From Octopus sinensis (lineage: Eukaryota), in contig NW_021836223.1 in assembly GCF_006345805.1 (NCBI RefSeq), forward strand, positions 1-29,238: a DNA stretch of 29,238 nucleotides. Reading direction: 5' to 3'. The notes beneath the pieces are model-generated. The model was not told the origin of the DNA. It saw nothing but the letters and a program-made list of their open reading frames with translations, and did no database searches. Made by a program: the position numbers and the translations under genes. Of this stretch, positions 1 to 8,469 are shown piece after piece; position 1 is the stretch's first letter, and each line of letters begins with the position of its first letter.

Positions 1-23
1 CTCCTCTCTCTCTCTCGTCGCTC

Positions 24-66
<43 letters not shown>

Positions 67-76
67 TCATCATCAT
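24..76. repeat. (TA)n plus short (CAT)n microsatellite at the 3' end of the adjacent retrotransposon relic
   Basis: Direct reading of the sequence. Confidence 0.95.
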
Positions 77-1025
77 GTTCTTGCAATTTTGTCTCTATTT
101 CTTGCCGAATGTCTCCCTGACACCTAGGACGGAGAAACTCACTGTATATAATCGGTAGGCCATTAAAATAAAGACACCAGATTGTTCATTTACAAAGCCA
201 TGTGAGAGAGAAAAAGGAGAAGAAAGACGAAGAGGAAAAGGAAAAAAGGGAAAAAGAATAAATGAAAAGAAGAAAATGAAAAGCAAAAATGACGAAAGAA
301 AATTCATAGCGATATGTATGACGTGTCATTTACGACAATCTTTTGCACTTCCTGCATGGGTGGTAAGCCAGGGATGATTCTCAAACAATTTTCAGTTCCC
401 TTTTTGATCATTCCAAGTGCTCCAGGTATTGTAACCGCCCTGAGATGCCATATATTTTCGATTTCAATCAGCAAATTTTAAAATTTTCTGAGCTTATCAA
501 ATTCTTTTGCCCAGGTATTATGACCTTGTCAATCAATAAACAGACTTAATTGTTTTGGACTTTCATAACAATATCTGGTATTTTAGCTTTGCTGGTCCGG
601 TCTGTACATACTGGAAAGTCCCAAAGAATCGCTACATTTCCTTTCTCCCTCTGTTACAGCCTCAGTGTGGTGCTTGTACCATTTGTCAGCAATTGTGATT
701 TTACAAGGCCGACATATTATCTAGTGGCCAACTCTGTTGAGTCTTGATTGGCCAGCTCTGTCAGTTGTAATACACAGGTTCTAAAACCTTACACCCACAG
801 ATTAGGTGGTCCACTGTTTCAATCTCATCGTTAAAGCATTGGTGCTTTTGGGTCTACTCCATTGTTTATTATTTTGGCTTGGTGGTTCCGGGTCCATAAG
901 CTCTGATCTTGAGCAACCAAGATAAAGCCTTCACTCCTACCTTTAGCTCTGAGCACCGAAGCAACTGATGGGTGTGGTTCTGGTCTACATCAGCTTGTTT
1001 GCTAAAGACCACATATATGGCACTT
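77..1025 (-). mobile_element. 5'-truncated, degraded RLE-type (R4/Dong/HERO-like) non-LTR retrotransposon: C-terminal ORF remnant (~1025-305) plus 3' UTR
   Basis: Minus-strand translation across frameshifts and stops gives QADVDQNHTHQLLR..EGFILVAQDQSLWTRNHQAKII..CFNDEIETVDHLICGC (CCHC-knuckle remnant), KWYKHHTEAVTEG..NVAILWDFPV.TDR..IPDIV..LLID..AKEFDKLRK (PD-(D/E)xK restriction-like endonuclease) and IEIENIWHL..GALGMIKKG..IPG..EVQKIV. These are typical C-terminal motifs of RLE elements. The exact clade is not resolved by eye. Confidence 0.9.
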
Positions 1026-1043
1026 ATAATAATAATAATAAAA

Positions 1044-1093
<50 letters not shown>

Positions 1094-1251
1094 TAATAAT
1101 AATAATTATAATAATAATGATGATAATAATGATATAATGATGATGATGATGATAATGATAATGATAATAATGATAATAATAATAAAATTAATATTATTAT
1201 TATTATTTTTATTATTATTATTTTTTTTTTATTATTATTATTATATTATTA

Positions 1252-1282
<31 letters not shown>

Positions 1283-1352
1283 ATCATCATCATCATCACT
1301 ATTTTTATTATTATTATTATCATCATCTTCATCATCATCATCATTATTATTC
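1026..1352. repeat. Compound (AAT)n/(GAT)n/(ATT)n/(CAT)n microsatellite
   Basis: Direct reading. It explains the poly-N/I/L/S content of ORFs 869-1093 and 972-1436. Confidence 0.97.
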
Positions 1353-1361
1353 TTATTAGTG

Positions 1362-1512
1362 ATATTTCTGCCGCTACGTTCTGAGTTCAAATTCCGCCGG
1401 GATCGACATTGCCTTTCATCCTTTCGCAGTCGATAATTTAAGTACTAGTGAAACGTTGAGTCGATGTAATCGACTAGCCCCATGCCCCACAATTTCAGGC
1501 CTTGTTCGTATA
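1362..1512 (+). mobile_element. 5'-truncated tRNA-derived SINE with Meta-domain-like body (tail type 'caggccttgt')
   Basis: B-box-like GAGTTCAAATTCC followed by gtcgac(a)ttgcctttcatcctttcg..gtcgataa..aagtac, resembling the MetaSINE/Sauria-SINE central domain. Similar to copies at 1539, 8337, 18058 and 22536. Confidence 0.85.
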
Positions 1513-1538
1513 ATATTATAATTATTATCATTATTGCT

Positions 1539-1745
1539 AAGGCGGTGCGCTGGTAGAATCGTTAGCGCGCTGGACAAAATGCTTAGCGGTATTTCGCCCG
1601 TCACTACGTTCTGAGTTCAAATTCCGCCGAGGTCGACTTTGCCTCTCAGCTTTTCTGAGTCGATAGGCTAAGTACCAGTGAAGCGCTAGGGTCGTTGTAA
1701 TCAACTTATTCTCTCCCTCAAAATGGCTGCCCTAGTGGCAAAACC
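1539..1745 (+). mobile_element. Near full-length Meta-domain-like tRNA SINE ending in (ATT)n
   Basis: A-box-like TGGTAGAATCG, B-box-like GAGTTCAAATTCC, Meta-like body and ATT tail. Confidence 0.85.
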
Positions 1746-1771
1746 ATTATTATTATTAATCTTACATAAAC

Positions 1772-1834
1772 TCTGGGGTCGATCTAGTCGCCTTATCCCC
1801 AAAATGTCAGACCTTGTGCCTTCAGTAAAACGGA
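1772..1834 (+). mobile_element. 3' fragment of the same SINE family
   Basis: ctggggtcgat..cccaaaatgtcagaccttgtgcc.. followed by ATT repeats matches the tail of 1362-1512. Confidence 0.6.
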
Positions 1835-2095
1835 TTATTATTGTTCTTGGTGTTCTTATTGCTGTTGTTGTCTTATATCTTGTGTTTTTCCCGAATTCGG
1901 TCGTCTCATCTAATAAATGGAGGTATGTTTTTATTTCCTGCTTAATCTTTGTTCTTTTTTTTCTCCTACAAAAAAAAAAAGAGAGAGAGAGAGAAACAGC
2001 CGACATATTTAGAACTGCAATTGTCACAAAACGAATAATATTAATGAGATGAATAGTGCGATAATTCAAAAGAGACTCCGTGACTATTGAAGTTC

Positions 2096-2098
<3 letters not shown>

Positions 2099-2128
<30 letters not shown>

Positions 2129-2158
2129 CACACACACACGCACACACACACATACATA

Positions 2159-2194
<36 letters not shown>

Positions 2195-2539
2195 TGTATT
2201 TGTGTGTGTGTATATAGATAGATAGAGAGATAGATATATAGATAGATAGATAGAAAGATAGAAATAGATACATATATATATTTATATATAGGTATATATA
2301 TTATATATACATATATATGTGCGAACATATATATATATATATGTGTGTGTGCATATATATATTATTTATATTATTATATATATATATATGTACACAACAC
2401 ACACACACACACACACATAATATATATATATATGCACTCAAATACAAAGTGTCCTGTCGACAATAACAATAGTTAGCGAAAAAGAAAGAGAGCGGGACAG
2501 ACAGAAAGAGAGAGTGAGGACGAGAGAGAAAGAAAGAGT

Positions 2540-2578
<39 letters not shown>

Positions 2579-2590
2579 TGAGAGAGTGAA
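2099..2590. repeat. Mosaic (CA)n/(TA)n/(TATG)n/(GATA)n/(TG)n and (GA)n microsatellites
   Basis: Direct reading; includes a short unique spacer at ~2436-2480. Confidence 0.92.
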
Positions 2591-3029
2591 ATACTAAAGG
2601 TGAATGGGTAGACAATGATAGATAGGTAATTGTTACTTACTGGCCTTTGTTGTTCCCTCTTATAACTTACGTGAAATGTGTATACGCATTAATGTACATA
2701 CGCGCGCGTGAGAGTGTGTGTGTGAGTGTGTGTGACGGCGTGAGCATGAATATCTATGCGCATGTATCTGTGTGTATGTGTGTGTGCGTGAGGAAACAAA
2801 AGGAAAACACACTACTGCGAGCCGTATGCGTGATAAAAGATCGATTACCAATTGATGCAATTGTCATAAATGCGATTTCCGGTCGTGATCAGTAGACTGC
2901 ACTTACTTCAAAAACCATTACAGGAAGGCCATTTCTCCATCCCACACACCCAAAACGCATCTGGCGACCCATTAAGGGACACACAACATTTAATTTGACA
3001 AAGAATTTTATACCTCCTTAAATACGTAC

Positions 3030-3030
3030 C

Positions 3031-3087
<57 letters not shown>

Positions 3088-3139
3088 ATATATAAAGATA
3101 CATATTTATACATATACCTATACATTTATACATACCTGC

Positions 3140-3175
<36 letters not shown>

Positions 3176-3540
3176 ATGTATCTATATGTATGTATGTATA
3201 TATATATATATATACATATATAATGCACGCACACTTTTGTGGTATGCGTATACATGATATTCATTGTAATATGGTATGCATATACGCGATTCTCTCTGTA
3301 TATATACCTGTAAGTATATATGGATATATGCTCGTATATATATATATATATAATTATATATATATATATTATATATATATATATAATATATATGCATATA
3401 TATGTATATATGATGGTGGATGTACATAAACGCATATGTATATAATAATATATATAATCTATATACCATATAGATATATACATATATATATATATTTATA
3501 AATGCATGCATATATGTGTATATGTATATATGTATGAATA
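3030..3540. repeat. Interrupted (TA)n/(TG)n microsatellite field
   Basis: Direct reading. Confidence 0.92.
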
Positions 3541-3590
3541 CTTTTATGTATGGGTAGGAGAAAGAAATTGTACACGCATACATATATCAG

Positions 3591-3622
<32 letters not shown>

Positions 3623-4060
3623 TCTTCCTTTCTTGCGGTGGGTGTGCGCGGGTATCTATTATGTTTTTTTTTAAAGAAATATGACTTCACATCTGACTTC
3701 ATCTGTTCGAATATGCATGTCATATTCCGTCCCGGATCAGAAATATATAATTGTAAACAACATGTTTGACATAGGACAAAATTAAATAAATATTATAAAA
3801 CTAAAAGATGAATAAAAGAGAGGAATATCAATCAGAGAAATACATTCCAGAAAGATTTTAAAATAATTTTGAAAAAATCACTTGGAAGAAACATTTAAAG
3901 AAATAAAGAAGAAACTAAAAAATCAAATATTATGTAAGTGGTCTGAATTTTGAATATTGTTTAAATACAGGAGTAAACAATTATTTGGTTCATTGATTAC
4001 ATTGGCTGCTTTGGAACATTCAAGAAGAGTACATGTTAATCGGAGTATACGAGAGGTATA

Positions 4061-4355
4061 GGGCGCATAGCCTAGTGGTTAGAGCGGCGGACTCGCGGTT
4101 GAGGGATCGCAGGTTCGAATCTCAGATTAAGCAATGTGTGTACTTATGGGTGAAAAACTTAACCTAAGCACCACGCGGCTCCGGCAGAAGGTAATGGCGA
4201 ATTTCTGCTGACTCCTTCGCCACAACTTTCTCTCACTCTTTCCTCCTGCATCTAGCTGCTCACCTGCGATGGACCAGCATCCCGTCCAGGCAGGGAACCC
4301 ATATGTCAATGAAACCAGGAAACCGGCTATTATGAACCAGATACAACACAACAAC
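4061..4355 (+). mobile_element. tRNA(Arg-like)-derived SINE with V-like domain
   Basis: A box TAGCCTAGTGGTT (4068-4080), B box GGTTCGAATCT (4112-4122), and cctgcgatggaccagcatcccgtccagg resembling the V-SINE domain. Homologous to 6363-6622 and 27187-27450. No acceptor stem, so it is not a tRNA gene. Confidence 0.85.
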
Positions 4356-4449
4356 AAAGAGCTACTTGCTTTATTTGTAACAAATATTCGTAATTTCCTG
4401 TAATCAATGCAACGTTAGTATTCCAGGCGTATTGCTATTTCTTTTAAAT

Positions 4450-4632
4450 TTCATTTACTTGACTGCGTCTATGCTGGAGCGCCGCCTTTAGACGAACAAA
4501 TCGTTGCCCCCAAGTACTCATTCTATTGGTTTCTTTTTGCCGAATCGCTAGGTTACTGGCACGCAAACTCACCTATATCGGTTGTCAAGCAATGGAGTGG
4601 GGACAAACACAGACACACAAATACATGTATAT
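4450..4632 (-). mobile_element. 3' half of CORE-type SINE family A
   Basis: Reverse complement matches the 3' half of 4637-5014 (ggcaaaaaga..gagtact..aaggcggcgctccagcat..cagtcaag). Confidence 0.75.
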
Positions 4633-4636
4633 ATAA

Positions 4637-5014
4637 GGCGCAGGCGTGTCTGTGTGGTAAGAAGCTTGCTTGCCAACCTTATGGTTTCGAGTTCGGTCCC
4701 ACTGCGTGGCAACTTGGACAGGTGTCTTCTACTTTAACCTCGGGTCTTGTGAGTGTACAAAAACTGAAAAAAGACCGTCGTATATGTGTGTGTGTGTGTG
4801 TGTCTGTGTGTATCCGTGTTTGTCCTCCCCACCATCGTTTGCCAACCAATGTTGGTGTGTTTACATCCTCGTAAGCTAGCCGCTCGGTCGGCAAAAGGGA
4901 CAGATAGAATAAGTACTAGGCTTACAAAGAATGAGTCCTGAGGACGTTTTGCTAGACTAAAGGCTCTGCTCCAGCATGGCCGCAGTCAAATGACTGAAAC
5001 AAAAGAGTAAAAGA
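4637..5014 (+). mobile_element. Full-length CORE-type tRNA SINE family A with internal (TG)n and an (AAAAGAGT)-like tail
   Basis: ggcgcaggcgtgtctgtgtggtaagaagcttgc head, B-box-like GAGTTCGGTCCC, CORE-like aacttggacaggtgtcttctact, and tail ccagcatggccgcagtcaaatgactgaaac. Several homologous copies occur in the window. Confidence 0.9.
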
Positions 5015-5118
5015 TATATATATATATATATATATTATGTGTATGTATATGTATGTATGTATGTATATATATATATGTATATATACAATGTATTATATAT
5101 ATAATAGATGTACTACAA

Positions 5119-5157
<39 letters not shown>

Positions 5158-5195
5158 TATATAAGTATATATACGTTTGTGCATATATATGTATG
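5015..5195. repeat. (TA)n/(TATG)n microsatellite
   Basis: Direct reading. Confidence 0.9.
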
Positions 5196-5659
5196 TATGT
5201 ATCGACTTTAACCAATGCCTCACGATCAATTGTAAACGGTGCTACGAGAGAGAATAAAAAAAGGTCAGCGTAACTCATAAATAAACGATATACTCCTGTT
5301 TAGTAGAAAGCGAGAGATGGAGAGCGGGAGAGAAAGACAGGGAGAGAGAGAGTGAGAGATAGTGAGTGAAGGAGGGAGAGAGAGAAAGAGACAGAGACCA
5401 TCCTCTAGAGAAACAAGCCAATATGAAGCTTTCTGTCTGGGTATTATAGATGGCAGTAGTGAAACGTCGTGTGAAATGAATACGAAGTAACGATGATAAC
5501 AATGAGAATAATAGACCTACAACATAAAGGTGTTTGTTTGATGTTAAGGTCAGGATTATACAACAAGAAAATAACAATTGTTACTTTGCCAGTTGTATTG
5601 TGGAGCCATAAATGGTGTAATTTCAATTATGTTTCTTATAAATTGCCTCTATTTATATG

Positions 5660-5706
5660 TTTGGCTATATGTGTATATGTTATATATATACATATATATA
5701 TATATG

Positions 5707-5737
<31 letters not shown>

Positions 5738-5948
5738 GTGTGTGTGTGGGTGTGTGTGTGTGTTGTAATATTATATATATATATTACTACATACATACAT
5801 ATATATATGTATATTTTTTTTTTATATATTATATATATATATACGTTGTATGTGTATACACATACACCTATACGCATGCTTATATGTATGTATATATATA
5901 TATATATATTATATATTATATATATATATATATATATACATATATATA
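5660..5948. repeat. (TA)n/(TG)n microsatellite field
   Basis: Direct reading. Confidence 0.92.
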
Positions 5949-6362
5949 CAGACGGACGCTTGGGGTCTTTGGTAAAGGCTGCAGAGAGGAATTGATCTTC
6001 TTGAAATATTACTATCAGAAATATAAATACCAATTTAGAATAAAAACGCGTGTGAACAAAATGGAACTTACAAGAAACATTGTTCTTATTTTTGAAATTC
6101 CTTAGCCGTCACAATATCAATTATTTGATTAACAATTTTGCCAACAGTCATTTAGTTATACATTATACATTAAATCAAAATTCATTATTAATGCGAAGTT
6201 GAAGATGCTTTTCGTACATTGTACTGCCAAGATATGTCTTCATCTGTCTGAGATTGCCGAAATGCTTCTCACAGAATACGATGTAGAAACAGTTTCAAAG
6301 TTACCTGTGATTTCGTTGAAGGTTGTGAGTACTTCCTTTTTGTTCCTTTTCGAGCAACGTCT

Positions 6363-6622
6363 CGCTCATAAGGGCTGGTTTCCCGGTTTCTTTGGCGTAT
6401 AGGTTCCCCACCTGGACGGAACGCCGGTCCATCGCAGGTGAGCTTCAAGATGCAGGAGGAAAGTGTGAGAAAGTTGTGGCGAAAAAGTCAGCAGAAGTTC
6501 GCCATTACCTTCTGCCGGAGCCGCGTGGGGCTTAGGTGTTTCGCTCATAAATACACACATCGCCCGGTCTGAGGTTCGAAACCGCGAGTCCGCTGCTCTA
6601 ACCATTAGGCCATGTACCTCCA
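6363..6622 (-). mobile_element. V-like-domain tRNA SINE (second copy)
   Basis: Reverse complement reads catggcctaatggttagagcagcggactcgcggtttcgaacctcagaccggg..ggctccggcagaaggtaatggcgaa..cctgcgatggaccggcgttccgtccagg..gaaaccgggaaacc and aligns with 4061-4355. Confidence 0.88.
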
Positions 6623-6624
6623 CG

Positions 6625-7060
6625 TACTTCCTTCAGGGTCTATTTGGTAAATAGTTTCAACATAATCATTGGCATTTGTCTGGGATTTTAATGGATTTAT
6701 ATGCTGTGTGAGACCTAAGTTGTCTTCAAGGAGTTTTCTGCTGTTAAGAAGATTCAAATCAAAATATTATTGAGATGAATGTGTATTTCAACGTTGCCAT
6801 CTGTATGACTTTGTATTGCATCCGACAGTGTGGCCCTGATTCGAGGGTCCCAGGGTATAGAGTAGTGTGAAACCACCTCTTTGCCTCTATTGCCCCTGGG
6901 TCTTATCTGATCCGAAGAAGTAGCATCCGTTAGGGTTCCTGTTATGGATTAACTGCCATATTAGGAGTCGGTGTACTTATACATGTGAAAACTGTTCGGA
7001 CGGACTCTGCAGAAGTAACCTTCATGTCACAACGGAGGGGAATTCGTTTGCAGCAACATA
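6625..7060 (-). mobile_element. Heavily degraded coding relic, possibly the RT-to-endonuclease linker region of a Penelope-like element
   Basis: Minus strand gives ..KEVVSHYSIPWDPRIRATL.. then ..HTAYKSIKIPDKCQ*LC. It shares a ~40-nt block and an in-frame indel with 8150-8200. The family assignment is weak. Confidence 0.3.
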
Positions 7061-7081
7061 TTGTTCAATGCAAGAGAAGCG

Positions 7082-7142
7082 CTGCTAAATTATGGGGACG
7101 TAAAGACACTGACACCGGTGGTCAAGTGGTGATGGGGAGACA
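7082..7142 (-). mobile_element. Internal fragment of CORE-type SINE family A
   Basis: ctgctaaattatggggacgtaaagacactgacaccggtggtcaag matches the family A segment ccgctaagttacggggac..aaacacacc..cggttgtcaag seen at 22371-22418. Confidence 0.65.
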
Positions 7143-7287
7143 ATTATAATCACGGCCCCCTTAGTATTTTGCATCAACACCAGGTACGGCAGCCCGCGGA
7201 GAGTCGCTGTGACTCAGTTTCTGAGCACTAACTCTAACCTGTGTGTACGTCTACATATGCAAACATGCACACATATGTATATATATA

Positions 7288-7290
<3 letters not shown>

Positions 7291-7358
<68 letters not shown>
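7291..7358. repeat. Pure (TA)n tract
   Basis: Direct reading. Confidence 0.97.
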
Positions 7359-7364
<6 letters not shown>

Positions 7365-7447
7365 TAAGGGTAAAATTAATATTAATCAATTAAAACCAGT
7401 GGCCTAGCATATTTAAAAAAATCCGAAGATTAAAAATTTTTTACATA

Positions 7448-7615
7448 CAAAATTTAGAGGATTGGCCACTAAAAGGGGACAGCCTGTATGATAGATATAG
7501 ACGTCAAAATCGCCATTTTCCACGGAGTACACATTCTCTGTGGAAAATGGCCATTTTGACGTCTATATCTAGCATACAGGCTGTCCACTTTTAGTGGTCA
7601 ATCCTCTAAATTTTG
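7448..7615. repeat. Long inverted repeat: 80-bp arms (7448-7527 / 7536-7615), 8-nt spacer, 5 mismatches
   Basis: Left arm caaaatttagaggattggcc..ttttccacggag is the reverse complement of right arm ctctgtggaaaa..atcctctaaattttg, compared base by base. Confidence 0.95.
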
Positions 7616-7810
7616 CAAATATAAAACAAGGAAAGTGGCTAGTTACAAAATCTTTATAAGTATTGAAAGTTGTTACTATACTGAGAATTAATGCTTATGG
7701 CCAATTCAATAGAGGTGTTCCATAGGAACCGACATTACTACAGTTTTTACCCTCCGAGGGAGCTTCTTCCATCAGGTTGTCTTCTAAGCAGGGGAGCGAA
7801 CCCCAACCAT

Positions 7811-7896
7811 CCTCTAGCAGACGATGGGACCACCAGACCATACGGTTTCGAGCTATTTGCGCCCATCGTCAGTGGTGAACATCCATCCGCTAGAAA
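7811..7896 (-). ncRNA. Type I hammerhead ribozyme (core 7830-7878, predicted cleavage 3' of GUC between 7836 and 7835)
   Basis: Minus strand reads UCACCA-CUGACGA-U-GGGC(GCAAAUA)GCUC-GAA-ACC(GUAU)GGU-C-UGGUGG. All catalytic core nucleotides are present and stems I, II and III pair. Stem I extends via AUGG/CCAU and UUUCUAGCGG/CUGCUAGAGG. Confidence 0.85.
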
Positions 7897-8336
7897 TAGC
7901 AGTAATTTGCTCCAGCTCGCAAGATATTGAAAACCATGTGGCAATCAGTCACTAATCTTACAATATGCAAAGTAGTTAGTAAGAAAATTTCTGTAAGAGA
8001 TGAAAGTAGTAAGTATATTGAGAAGTAGTGTTTATCATCACATTGCATCGATAACCAGTTGGAGGAGTTTCTTCCTGGGGTTAAAAACGGTAGTAACATC
8101 GGTTGCTATGAAACCGCCATATTGATGTGGTGATAAACATTTTCCGTAGCATTTCTTCTCTCTGTCTGTGTATTTAATGGATTTATATGGTGTGCGAGAC
8201 GTTGTTTATATTAATGTGTTTACCTTTAGTTGATCTAGATTCTCTGCGGTATTGTTAAAGATCCAGTATAAGGCCCAACCCTTTTTGTGCAGTGGTGACA
8301 TGTATGCTTCGACGACCCTTAGGGCAATGCTATACC

Positions 8337-8469
8337 TATTTCCTTACTACCCACAAGAGGCTAAACACAGAGGGGACAAACAAGGACAGACAAAGGAATT
8401 AAGTCGATTAGATCGACCCTAGTGCGTAACTGGTACTTAATTTATCGACCCCGAAAGGATGAAAGAGAA
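8337..8469 (-). mobile_element. 5'-truncated Meta-domain-like SINE (tail type 'ttgtgggtagtaa') with perfect 16-bp target-site duplication
   Basis: AGGGCAATGCTATACC occurs at 8321-8336 and 8470-8485. The body matches the reverse complement of 18140-18266. Confidence 0.92.

Larger units (their letters stand above)
7359..8280 (-). mobile_element. Putative Penelope-like element terminus (pseudo-LTR region) carrying hammerhead ribozyme(s) and an inverted repeat, ending at (TA)n
   Basis: Contains a complete hammerhead, a decayed second core and a long palindrome, and terminates in (TA)n. PLE pseudo-LTRs are known to carry hammerheads and inverted arrangements. No RT or GIY-YIG motif is recognised inside this interval. 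Confidence 0.5.

Noticed and set aside
1723-2052. 109-aa hydrophobic ORF resembling a membrane protein
   Set aside because: It is built from a SINE tail, ATT repeats and T-rich/GA-repeat sequence.
3934-3970. GTAAGT...TACAG mini-intron with flanking exon-like sequence
   Set aside because: It is only 37 nt, the flanking frames contain stops and the downstream donor is weak.
4061-4125. tRNA gene candidate
   Set aside because: A and B boxes are present, but there is no acceptor stem pairing and it continues into a SINE body seen three times in the window.
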